From NCBI GenBank assembly GCA_048213135.1, contig PS015092.1, positions 41,594 through 76,009 of the forward strand: a stretch of 34,416 nucleotides of DNA, in the 5' to 3' direction. Origin of the DNA: Reclinomonas americana ATCC 50394. Its lineage: Eukaryota. Positions within the stretch are counted from its first letter, which is position 1; each line of letters starts with the position of its first letter. Shown here one piece after another: positions 12,324-24,700 of the stretch. The notes under the pieces were generated by a model. It was not told the DNA's origin. It ran no database searches and was given only the letters and a program-made list of their open reading frames with translations. Position numbers and translations under genes: made by a program.

Positions 12324-13754
12324 ATGCGCACATTGTTGCAGAGTGAAGTGAGGAATTTGGGCTATATTTGGCCTCTGGAGGCTCACAGTCGACTCTGCGC
12401 AACTCACATGCACTCGTTCACGAGTCGTCTATGCGCACGTGTTCTCTCGTTCTTCCTGTGCACCTGCCACTCCTCACATCGTCAACTGCTATTTTTAGCT
12501 TCTCACATGTGACAACTCTCTCTCACACACACGATCACATACACACAACAGTGCAGTCTCTCACCTGTACTTGTGCACACACTCTTTCTTACTCTCTCCC
12601 TTCTTCCCCACTTGCACTTTACACCTCACTCACTCTCTCTGTCTCTCTCTTCTCTTCTTCATTCTCCTTCTCTGCATCCTTGGCTCTTTCTCTCTCTCTC
12701 TCTCTCATTCTCTCTCTCTCTCTCTGACACACCCTGCTCTTCCTTATCTTCTTTCTCCGCACCCTCACCCTCACCCTCTCCCTTCTCCTCTCTTCACTCA
12801 CCCTTCCCCTTTCCCTCACCCTTTACCTCCCTCCCCAAAACAGTGTGCTCCCTGGACCCCTCCCCTCTACTCGCCTTCCGGGCGGGACTCGACGACAAGT
12901 GGAACACGCGCGCGGCCTGCGCCAGTCGCGTGGTATCCATGCCCTATGGCGTTCTCCCCGAGAGCGGCTACCACTGCGTCGACTTGGGCGTGGTGGACAG
13001 CTCCGCCAAGACGACGACGACGGCGGTGGAGTCGTTCTGTCCGCTCCCGCACCCGCTGTTTCGCTCGGTGACTCGCCGCTCGTACATTGCATTCACGCGG
13101 GAGAATGGCGCGTGGACGCGCATATGCTGGGCGGCGGGAGCGCCGACGCAGAGCAAGAACACGGCCAGTGGGCGCGTGGAGGTGGCCGTGCGTGGGGCGA
13201 CGGCGGGTAGTGTCGGCGTGACGTTGGAGATGCGCCGGGGCACGGCGCGCTCGGCCACGTCGCTCGCCAAGTTCCTGGGTAGGGGCCCTTAGGTCGCGAT
13301 TTCGGCCATCCCCGTGGAGGTGGCCCTTCTTGATGATGCGGGCACGTTGGTGGACGTGCGCCCGCGCCCCGATTTGGCCGAGCTGCTCGGCGCCGACCCG
13401 CAGTCCCCGCCTGCACCACTGCCGCCGTCACTGCCACTGCCGTGTGTTCCCGACTGGACGGCGTGGTCGGTGGTGGAGGACTCGCTGCCGGATCTCGACA
13501 CTGGCTGGCGTGATGATGACGATGACGACTTGTGCACAGTGCACTTCCCGATGCATGTCGGGGCCGCGCAGTGTGGAGCGCAGAGTAGTTGTTCAGCGCA
13601 GCCGTGGGACGCCGCGCCGCAGCCGTCCGTGCCGTTTTTCGACGATGTAGTGGGAGACCAGTTGTGACTATCTGGCGGCGGCGGCGAGCAGGAGGAGACC
13701 CTGTTGCTGCTGATGGATGATATTATGGATGATGACGGCTGTCGCCGCTGGTAA
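12324..13754 (+). pseudogene. Hypothetical gene with in-frame TAG (13290-13292) and TGA (13665-13667): pseudogene, readthrough gene or sequence error
   Basis: A strong polypyrimidine tract and CAG acceptor at 12843. One frame with GC3-rich codons runs 12844-13754 through both stops to TAA. The possible first exon 12324-12387 has a weak GTCGAC donor. Confidence 0.5.
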
Positions 13755-13824
13755 AGTGTCACACGTTGGATAACAACACGCTATACAATTCCATTCAATC
13801 ATTATGTACATGGCCACCGGCCAG

Positions 13825-14852
13825 TCACTTCAGCTCGCTCTCCCCCTCCACCATCTCGTCGTCGTCGCTGTCGAGATGCGCACGACTCGCACCCTCCCTT
13901 TCCCCCTCCCCCTCGCCCTCCTCCTCCATTTCTGCGGAAACTACCACGTCCTCCTCCTCCTCCTCCTCCTCGTCATCTCTCTTTTCGACTTGCCGCTGCG
14001 TGCTGTCTGTGACCATTGGAGGATCGTCCATGATCTCGATCGGCTCCGGCTTCCACGTCACCGTGCGCCGCCGATTGGTGGGCGACGGTGCCGGCGAGCC
14101 CTCCCCGTTGCAGAGAATCGACACGATGGCCGGCGGTGACAATCGATGCTCCGTGTACAAGGGTGCGGCTGCCGTTGCCGGCGAAACAGCAGTTGTGGTG
14201 GTGGTGGTGGTTGTCGTCGAGGAAGCAGGCGCCGCCGCTCGCACCGGTGTCTCCTCCACCACAGTGGCGGTCGTGGCAGTGTGTGACGTGCGTCGACCAA
14301 ACACCGCTCTGCCACACCACCGTGAGCGACGAAAACATCAGAAGCACGAAATGTGATACGCTGCACCTCCATAGTCGCTTGAATATGAAGCGCACCAGTC
14401 CCGGCAGCGACAACAAGCAGCAGCCAGACAGAATGCACACGCCCAGAATGCGCAACGATCGCGCCAGTTCCGATATGACACCACGGATCTGCACAGAACG
14501 GTCAGCAGCAGTTGATCGCCAAATGAAGAAACATAAGGAGAGAGAATCAACCTCCCGCATGCCATCCACGCCCATTCGCTGCCCCATGTGCGGAAACGCC
14601 TCTGTGGACACACACACACACACACCATAAGCACACACCAGCGCGACCACAAGAACAACAGCAGAGACACACACACCAGCAAGAATGCGACTGGCATCGA
14701 CTCCGACATTACGAGCAGCGCGCTCCCCAAATGCATACAGACTGTTTGTTGTCGCACCACTCCCGTCGACCACACCAGCCGCAAGCCCGCGGATCAACGA
14801 GATGACACCTCCTCCTCCTCCTCCTCCACTGCTCCCGCCACTGGCAACAGCA
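13825..14852 (-). CDS. Hypothetical membrane protein with acidic C-terminus (5' exon(s) unresolved)
   Basis: Exons about 14852-14626, 14601-14552, 14488-14367 and 14308-13825. Two hydrophobic segments (ILAGVCVSAVVLVVALVCAY; ILGVCILSGCCLLSLPGLV) are followed by a Thr/Pro-rich region and a poly-Glu tail. Confidence 0.55.
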
Positions 14853-14917
14853 CTGTCGCATATACATTGTTCCGTGTGAGCGAACGATGGGAGATGCGAG
14901 GAGATAGAGGGAAGGGA

Positions 14918-14919
14918 GT

Positions 14920-15004
<85 letters not shown>

Positions 15005-15260
15005 TGTGTGCAAGTGTGTGTAAGTGTGTGTAAGTGCGTGCAGCTGTGTGGAAGTGTGTGCAAGTGTGTGGAAGAGTGTGCAAGTGTGTGGAAGAGTGTG
15101 CAAGTGTGCGGAAGTGTGAATAAGTGTGCGGAAGTGTGCGCAAGTGTGTGGAAGTGTGTGCAAGTGTGTGTAAATGTGTGTGTGTGTGTGCAGCAAGTGT
15201 GTGGGAGTGTGTGGAAGTGTGGGTAAGTGTGCGCAGGTGTGTGCAAGTGTGTGTAAGTGT
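14918..15260. repeat. (TG)n microsatellite grading into a 10-bp minisatellite (C/G)AAGTGTGTG
   Basis: Direct inspection: a long TG run, then about 25 decamer units. Confidence 0.9.
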
Positions 15261-15785
15261 GTCTTTGTGTTATCGATGAGCGGGATTCGGCTCTCTGTGT
15301 GTCATACGCAACGATGGGCGTGATCGGTTGTGTGACTCATCCTCTGCTTACACACACACAGATGAGCACAGAGACACTGAGTGTGAGGAAGAAGAGCACC
15401 ACACTCAAGAAAAACCATTGTCGACACTGTGCAGCACAGAGTGGTGATACTCATCGTGCAGCAAACGATCGCGAATTGATCTCTGAGAGAGAAGTCAGTG
15501 ATAAGCTGCACAGTGAGCAGACAGAGAGAAAGACGAAACAGCTGCGTGGCGCAAAGACGCCATAGGACAGTTACCTGTGAGGCTCGCTTGCACGCAGATT
15601 GTCTTCTGTCCCATCGTGTGTCACTTTCACGGTGCGTGCTCACATACACTGGTGCTGCTGTGTGTGAGTGCAACAGCTCACGTGTGCGCCACAGAGCATC
15701 GCGTTTGAAAGACAAAAAGGCGTGCGGTGCAAAGTGACTCTCTTTGTCTCTCTTGTGAGTGAGTGTGAGTGTGTGTGCCAGCATC

Positions 15786-18700
15786 ATGGATTTGGTTGGG
15801 CAGACGTTCCGTGTGGGCAACAAGACCATTCGTGTGCAGCGCAAGCTCGCAGAAGGCAAGTCTCTGTCACACGTTGATTGATGGAGCACATTTTTTTGTG
15901 TAAGAGATTGATGAGAGTGAGAGAGAGAGAATGACGTGTGTTTGTGTTTGCGTGAGTGTGCGCGCGCAGAGAGTGAGAGAGTGAGCATGAGCCAAGAGGA
16001 GGTGATTTTTTTGTGTGTATGATGTGGGGTGGGTGGCGTGCTCAAACGGTCGGTGATGCATCTCCGCCACTTGAGCACGCACTTTGCTCTCTCACACTCT
16101 TGTCACTCTCCCTCTCTGTCATTCTCCATGTCTGTCTCTGTCTCTTGCTCTGTGTGCGTGCGTGCGTGCTTCCGTCCATGCGCACTTGCTTACTTGGGCG
16201 AATTTGAGACCGCAACTGTCGTCGTCATCATCAGCTCACACACGCGCGCGCACACTGATCGCACTCTCTGTCTGTGTGCGCGTGTCACTCCCTCTCACTG
16301 TCACCATCTGTCTGTGTGATCGCTGTGGCAAGAGAGGAACACTGCACGAAACGAACATGTCCCATCTGTCACACTCACGCTCTCTCGTTCTTCACGCAGG
16401 CGGCTTCTCTGTCGTGTACCTTGCGGTCGACACGTTGCGTCCCTCTCACTCTTGCCTCACTTACCAACGCATTCACAGTTCGATATCTAATGTTGTCATG
16501 ATCTCTTCAGTGCCACCGGCTATGTGTACGCTCTCAAGCGCATGAATGCCGCCGATCGCGAAGTCCTTGCCGACCTCAAGAATGAGATCGCTTTTATGGT
16601 TCGTGTGTGTGTGTGTGTGTGTGGGCGGCAGCGGTGAACCGAGCATTGGGCAGTTGGGTTGGTTGGCTCATTCATTCTCCATGCGATATGTGTGTGCTAT
16701 GTGCTGTGCTGTGCTGTGCTGTGTGTGCAGAAAAAGTTTGGCTCGTATGCATACGTGGTGGAGATGTATGCGGCGGAGATCAAGCCGCGAGGAGACGGCG
16801 GTGCGGAAGTGTACATTCTGATGGAGTTGTGCGAAGGTGATTGCATGTGGAACACGCAGCTGCTTCGTGCCTGTGTGTGACTTAACCCTCCCCGGTCGCT
16901 GTTGGCAGGCGGCACGATGGTCGATGTGATGAACACTCGCTTGACCAATCGGTTCTCGGAGCAGGAGGTGCTGCGCATCTTTTACGATACGTGCTTGGCT
17001 GTGGCGCACTTGCACGATCAGGATCCGCCAGTCATTCACCGCGATTTGAAGGTTGGACTCGTCGCGTCCCTTTTCCTCCCTTCTCCCGCATTCATCTCAT
17101 CCACAACCCACTCGCAGGTGGAAAACATTTTGGTCGGCAACGACGGCAAGTACAAACTGTGCGATTTTGGAAGCTGCACGACTGAGAAATTCGAGAACCT
17201 CACCAACAATCGCGAGCGCATGCAAGCCGAGTACGAGATCGAGAAGAAGACGACGCCACTGTACCGCGCCCCGGAAATGATTGACTTGTACTCGCGCAAG
17301 CCGATCAACGAGAAGGCGGATATTTGGGCGCTCGGCTGCTTGCTGTACAAGCTGGCCTACTTCAAGATGCCCTTTGAGGAGTACCCCATGGCCATTGTGA
17401 ATGCTCGTCTCAGCTTCCCCGCGACACCACGCTACTCGCAAGNNNNNNNNNNNNNNNNNNNNNNNNNNNNNNNNNNNNNNNNNNNNNNNNNNNNNNNNNN
17501 NNNNNNNNNNNNNNNNNNNNNNNNNNNNNNNNNNNNNNNNNNNNNNNNNNNNNNNNNNNNNNNNNNNNNNNNNNNNNNNNNNNNNNNNNNNNNNNNNNNN
17601 NNNNNNNNNNNNNNNNNNNNNNNNNNNNNNNNNNNNNNNNNNNNNNNNNNNNNNNNNNNNNNNNNNNNNNNNNNNNNNNNNNNNNNNNNNNNNNNNNNNN
17701 NNNNNNNNNNNNNNNNNNNNNNNNNNNNNNNNNNNNNNNNNNNNNNNNNNNNNNNNNNNNNNNNNNNNNNNNNNNNNNNNNNNNNNNNNNNNNNNNNNNN
17801 NNNNNNNNNNNNNNNNNNNNNNNNNNNNNNNNNNNNNNNNNNNNNNNNNNNNNNNNNNNNNNNNNNNNNNNNNNNNNNNNNNNNNNNNNNNNNNNNNNNN
17901 NNNNNNNNNNNNNNNNNNNNNNNNNNNNNNNNNNNNNNNNNNNNNNNNNNNNNNNNNNNNNNNNNNNNNNNNNNNNNNNNNNNNNNNNNNNNNNNNNNNN
18001 NNNNNNNNNNNNNNNNNNNNNNNNNNNNNNNNNNNNNNNNNNNNNNNNNNNNNNNNNNNNNNNNNNNNNNNNNNNNNNNNNNNNNNNNNNNNNNNNNNNN
18101 NNNNNNNNNNNNNNNNNNNNNNNNNNNNNNNNNNNNNNNNNNNNNNNNNNNNNNNNNNNNNNNNNNNNNNNNNNNNNNNNNNNNNNNNNNNNNNNNNNNN
18201 NNNNNNNNNNNNNNNNNNNNNNNNNNNNNNNNNNNNNNNNNNNNNNNNNNNNNNNNNNNNNNNNNNNNNNNNNNNNNNNNNNNNNNNNNNNNNNNNNNNN
18301 NNNNNNNNNNNNNNNNNNNNNNNNNNNNNNNNNNNNNNNNNNNNNNNNNNNNNNNNNNNNNNNNNNNNNNNNNNNNNNNNNNNNNNNNNNNNNNNNNNNN
18401 NNNNNNNNNNNNNNNACTTGAAGGACCTGATTGCGTACTGCTTGGAGACGGATCCGATCAAGAGACCCGACATTTGGGAGTTGGTGGACCGTTTGTGCAA
18501 AGTGCGCGTGTGCCCGTACCCGCTGAAGGTATGTCGTGAGTCAAACAGACAAGGAGAGGGATCGGCAATGGCTGACTCTCTCCCTCTGTACTATCGGCGT
18601 AGCGATTGCCTCAACCTCGCGACGGCGTCAGCATCGACGATCTGGTTGGCCACCGCAAGGAGGAGAAGGCCGGCAAGAAGGCGTCGGCAGCACTTTTTGA

Positions 18701-21700
18701 CAAGTTGGAGTGGGCCGAGGGCGGCGCCAGCGGCAGCGGCAGTGCCAGCACACCAAGTTCGGCGGCGCCTCGTCAGCAGATTCAATGTTTCGCCACTTGC
18801 TCTCTCNNNNNNNNNNNNNNNNNNNNNNNNNNNNNNNNNNNNNNNNNNNNNNNNNNNNNNNNNNNNNNTCTCTCTGGTTTTTTTGTGATCTGCGAGGGTG
18901 ATTCTCATCTCTGCACGTCCAGTGAGCGGCGGCGACGACGATGACGATCGCCCAACACGTCCGTCCGGTCCGAGCCGCCGAGCGGCTCCGGCGGCGGCCG
19001 CAGCTGCACCGGCTGCCTCGGCGCGCTCCAAGGCACCTCGCGCACCGCCACAAAATCACATGCTTCTCGACTGTTGCGTGTGACTTGATTGTGTGTTGTT
19101 GTTGCGTGCACCACAATCGCCCATTTCGTCTCCACGCAGTCGGCGATGACTCCAAGAAGGACGATGGGGCCGGTGCGGGTGGTGGCAGTCACGACTTTGA
19201 CTCGATCTTTGAGACGGGTGCCAAGACAGCAGCAGCGGCCGCGGCAGCTGCCACTCCGAGCAGGGCAGGCAAGGTGCCGGTGGCCGCCGATGCGCACTTT
19301 GACGACGACTTTGGTGGCTTCCAGGAGGCTCCACCAGCTGCTCGCAAGCCCACTGCCACGGCGAGCATGCTGGTCAGCCGGGCCACAGCAGCTGTGGTGG
19401 AGGATTCGTCACCAGACACTCCGCAGTCTTCGGGTGGTGCGCAGCAGGTGCCGTCGGACGATGAGGGCGACGAATTGGATCTCGATTTTGGTGCCATTGG
19501 CTCGCGCAATCAGCGCAAGGTGAGATTGCTGGAGGAGGTATTCTCTTCATCATTTCCATTTCCATCTCACCGCCTGTGCAGAAGGACGACAAGCCCAAGA
19601 AGAAGAAGAAGGTGGCACGCGCAACACATCGCTCTGCTGCCTCATTCGACGGTGGTGCTGCGTCATCGGCCAATAGCGCCACGGCGACGGCGGCCGACCC
19701 AGCGTCACCAAACTCGCCGTCGGATGGCCTGTTGCACTCGCGCAGTGCGACAAATCTCGCCGCTGCCCCGTCGCTGCCGAGTGACGAGCGGTCGGCGTCA
19801 CCTTCTGAGGAGATGCCACCACCAGCGGAGCGGCAAGAGAAGCAGCCGCGCGGCGGTTTCCTCGGCCTGCTCGACAAGGCCGGCAACTTGATTGCCTCCG
19901 GGTTCGACAAGCTCGGCTACGTGGCCGATCTGGCCACCTGCGTGTTCTCCTCGGAGAAGGCCAAGTGGGTCATCAAGGCCACGTCGCGCAAGGTCACGGC
20001 GCCCAAGCAAAAATACGTGCGCAGTTGAGTACTGTGTGTGAGAATGGGGGAAGTTGGGGAGGGAGGCGTATGGTTAACCGTGTTTGGTTACTGAACATTG
20101 TGTTGCTGCATGACGCACAGTGATTGTGGTGGATGCGTGGCAGAACAAGGAAATCAAGCCGTTCTATGACTTTTTGGAGGGCAAGCGGCCACTCTTTGGC
20201 AATCACATTGTGGCGTTCAAGACGCTGGTGCTGATTCACCGCGTCTTGCAAGAGGGACCACCAGTGGTGCGTCGTCGGCGGGGAGAGGATTCGATTGCGG
20301 TGCGGTCACCAGCCGCTCATGTTGTTGTGCACTCTGCAGGTCGCTCGCAACAGCTTTGACCATCGCGCCGTGTTGGAGCAAGTTCGCTTCCACTACTCGC
20401 AGTCGGAGCACTGTGCGTGGCATTTGGTTTTCGATTTCTGTGGGAAAATCTCTCTCTAACCGCGCACGCAGCCGACGATGATGGTATCCCGCACCTGGTG
20501 GTCAAGTACTCCTCCTACCTGCTGCGTCGTATGAGGTTCCACCACGAAAATCCGCAGTTCGAGGGCAACTTTTCGCTGCAGGGTGAGTGGAGGGAGAAGA
20601 GGGGGAAGGGTATTTTGGGAGAAGAGTTGGGAGAAAAGGAGAGAGACACAAGCGGAGTGAGGAAAGCAAAGAATGGAGAGACAAGAGAAGAATGAGTTAA
20701 ATATCGCGAGAGAAGTAAGAGTGCAGGAATAGGAGAGGGCAGAATAGGTGTGCGTGAGAGAGAGAGAGAGAGAACGAAAGCAAGAGATGAGCAGAAAGTA
20801 AGGAGCAGAGAAAATGAGTGAAGGGAGACAACGGGCGGGAATGGGAAGGAAAGGAGAGAAGAACAGCGGAAGGATCTAAGAAAGAGAAACAGGAGAAGAA
20901 TTACCAGGAGCCGGTAATGTGACAGCAAGCGTAGACAGTGAGGGAGAAATGAGTGAAGGGAGACAACGGGCGGAGTGGGAAGGGTGAGAGAGAGGAACTG
21001 CTGAAGGAACTAAGAAAGAGAAACAGGAGAAGAATGAACAGGAGCCAGTTATGTGGCAGCAAGCAGAGCGTGCATGATAGCGAGGAAGGTCGTACGAGAA
21101 GCAGATCGTGAGGGAAAAGGGAAAGAGGATACCTGAGAACGATGGAGTATGTAAGAAGACCAGAGGGTGTGGATGAATTGAAGAGAAGATAGACAGGCAG
21201 AAGGAAAGAATAATTGTGTGAGTGAGTGAGAGAGAGAGAGAGAGAAAGACAGCAAGTGAAGCACATTGTGAAAGAGAATGGCATGATGAGCGGGATTTTT
21301 GAGGTGCGAGATGAGAAAACAGAAGGGAGTGAGTTGTCTGTGTGCGTGTGTGACTGTTTCTTTCTCTCTCTGTCTCTCTCTCTCTCACTCTCATTCACAC
21401 TCTCTCTCTGTGTGTGTGTGTGTTTGTGTGTTTGTGTGTTTGTGTGTGATAGAGAGAGGGAGAGAGACAAATTCAGTGCGCTGCGTGAATATGGTGTACG
21501 TGCAGCAAGAGACTCTTTATGTATGCAGGACTTTGCTATTAACTCTCTCCCTCGCGTTCATACAGCTTACCTGCGCGACAAGTACCCGAACATGTCACTG
21601 GCACCCAATGCACCACCAGATGGCAGCTTCAACCGCGATGTCAACATGGGTCGTGCGCCAGTGAGGTGCGCTTTTTTTCGTTATTCTCACCATCCTGCCC

Positions 21701-24700
21701 TGCCGTCTCAATGGCTGGCTTGACTGTGCATCAGTGTTGAAATTGCCGCCTCGCTGTTGGACTTCCTGGAGGCTCTCGATGTGCTGCAAGTGGACGTGGT
21801 TCCCGAGGCGCGCACAATCAGGGCACCGGCCAGTGGCGAGCTGCCGTCCACCATTTTTGTTGGCCAAGCCGCGTGCAAGGTACGCATCACAATCCTCCCA
21901 TGTATCATGTTTTGGGGGGTGAAAAGATGCTCATCTTGCTCCTCGTCTCTCACCCACAGGCCAGCTGCTTGCTTCCGCTTGCTCGCGATGCAGTGGCGAT
22001 TCTCGGCACATCGGTGTTTGCTTTGCGGAAACTGAATGGTTTGGCGGTGGTGTATGTGCATGAGTTTTTTTGACGAATCTGACGAATTCGCTAATGTTGG
22101 GCGTCGCACAGAGGCTCTGCGAGAGGATTCCGTGCGCGAAGTCAATGAAATGTACACGCGGTTGTACAAGCCAACACAGCAGTTTGTGGCCGAGTGCTTG
22201 GCCGTGCCCACCATTAGTCCATTCGTGCAGGATTTGCCCGAATTGCCGGCGGTGCGTGCTGAGTGTGCCGATGCACGTCGTCGTAGTACTGACTCACCTC
22301 CCCCATTCCGCTGCAGTCGGCTCCCGAAATCGTGTACGCCGCCCGCCAGCGCATGTACGACTTGAACCGCAACCGCCCTGGCGCAGTTCCCGAAGTGCCC
22401 ATGTTTTCTTCACTGGCGGAGCCGTCGGCTGCCGATGCTGCGTCGTCGCCCAGTGCGCGCGCCACACGCACGGCGTCGTCTGGATCCAGCAGCGCTCCTG
22501 ATGTGGACTTTGAGGGGGTCAGTCAGGGAGGCATCGTTTGTGCACTTGTGACAAAAAATATCCTGACCATTCTGTGCCACCTGANNNNNNNNNNNNNNNN
22601 NNNNNNNNNNNNNNNNNNNNNNNNNNNNNNNNNNNNNNNNNNNNNNNNNNNNNNNNNNNNNNNNNNNNNNNNNNNNNNNNNNNNNNNNNNNNNNNNNNNN
22701 NNNNNNNNNNNNNNNNNNNNNNNNNNNNNNNNNNNNNNNNNNNNNNNNNNNNNNNNNNNNNNNNNNNNNNNNNNNNNNNNNNNNNNNNNNNNNNNNNNNN
22801 NNNNNNNNNNNNNNNNNNNNNNNNNNNNNNNNNNNNNNNNNNNNNNNNNNNNNNNNNNNNNNNNNNNNNNNNNNNNNNNNNNNNNNNNNNNNNNNNNNNN
22901 NNNNNNNNNNNNNNNNNNNNNNNNNNNNNNNNNNNNNNNNNNNNNNNNNNNNNNNNNNNNNNNNNNNNNNNNNNNNNNNNNNNNNNNNNNNNNNNNNNNN
23001 NNNNNNNNNNNNNNNNNNNNNNNNNNNNNNNNNNNNNNNNNNNNNNNNNNNNNNNNNNNNNNNNNNNNNNNNNNNNNNNNNNNNNNNNNNNNNNNNNNNN
23101 NNNNNNNNNNNNNNNNNNNNNNNNNNNNNNNNNNNNNNNNNNNNNNNNNNNNNNNNNNNNNNNNNNNNNNNNNNNNNNNNNNNNNNNNNNNNNNNNNNNN
23201 NNNNNNNNNNNNNNNNNNNNNNNNNNNNNNNNNNNNNNNNNNNNNNNNNNNNNNNNNNNNNNNNNNNNNNNNNNNNNNNNNNNNNNNNNNNNNNNNNNNN
23301 NNNNNNNNNNNNNNNNNNNNNNNNNNNNNNNNNNNNNNNNNNNNNNNNNNNNNNNNNNTGTGCAGGACGAGTCGGGCGACGAGGATCCTGGCGATTTTGA
23401 CGACTCGCCACACGCTGGTCCCTCGTCGGCGCCGTCGGCGAGTGCCAAGGCCACGAGTGGTGAGGCGGCGGCCCGAAACGCTCGTGCGCTGGAGCTGCTG
23501 CTGCAGCAGCCGGGCAACGACACGTGTGCCGACTGTGGTGCTCGAGGTGAGACGAGATTTTATCGGGGAGGTTGCCGCAGATCAAGGTGCTCACCCATGG
23601 CCATTTCGCAGCTCCGTCATGGGCCTCGATCAATCTCGGCATCTTTGTCTGCCACAAGTGCTCGGGCTTCCATCGCAAGATGGGAACGCACATTTCGCAG
23701 GTGCGCTCCGTCAAGCTGGACTTTTGGACCACGGAGCAGGTGGAGACCATGGAGCGCATCGGCAACCTGAAGGCGAATGCCAAGTACGAGGCGCGCTTGC
23801 CACGCGGTTTCCAGCGACCCAATCCCGACGACCAGTCCAACATGGAGGACTTTATTCGCGACAAGTACGAGCGCAAGAAGTACTACAAGAAGACCAAGCG
23901 CACCGCAAGCCGCGGTGACGAGGCCGGTCTGGGCAAGTCGGTGTCGCAGGGCGATTTTGCCGAGGGTGGTGCCGGTGGTTCGGGCGCTGCTCGTGCGCGC
24001 AGTGAGCGCACGCGCTCGTTTGAGGATGGTTTTGGAGATGACGATGAGACGGGGGTGAGTGCGCGAGGAGAGGGGGAGAGAGGGGGAAGAAAAGAAGGCA
24101 AGAAAAAGGCATGGGAGATGTGAGATAAAGAGAGGAGTTGATAGGGAAGGAGTGAAGAAGCAAGGCGTGAGACTAGAAGGAGTGGTTGTTGACGGAGACT
24201 GGTGGCGNNNNNNNNNNNNNNNNNNNNNNNNNNNNNNNNNNNNNNNNNNNNNNNNNNNNNNNNNNNNNNNNNNNNNNNNNNNNNNNNNNNNNNNNNNNNN
24301 NNNNNNNNNNNNNNNNNNNNNNNNNNNNNNNNNNNNNNNNNNNNNNNNNNNNNNNNNNNNNNNNNNNNNNNNNNNNNNNNNNNNNNNNNNNNNNNNNNNN
24401 NNNNNNNNNNNNNNNNNNNNNNNNNNNNNNNNNNNNNNNNNNNNNNNNNNNNNNNNNNNNNNNNNNNNNNNNNNNNNNNNNNNNNNNNNNNNNNNAGGAG
24501 TAGATGGCGGCAGGGGATGGGAATGGAGACGAGAAGAGGGCATGAGATGGGAAGAAGGGGTTGTTGACAGAGAGTGGTGGGGAGGAGAGGTGGAGAAAAG
24601 AGTGGCAGAAGTTGGGGGGTGCTTTGGGAAAGGAGACAAGAGGGGGTATTTGATGAGGTGAGAAAAGGAGAGGAGAAGAGATTGACGGGGAGGAGGGTGA

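Noticed and set aside
12844-13754. Genome-wide stop-codon reassignment
   Set aside because: TAG, TGA and TAA all end other genes here at the expected positions, and no other gene has internal stops.
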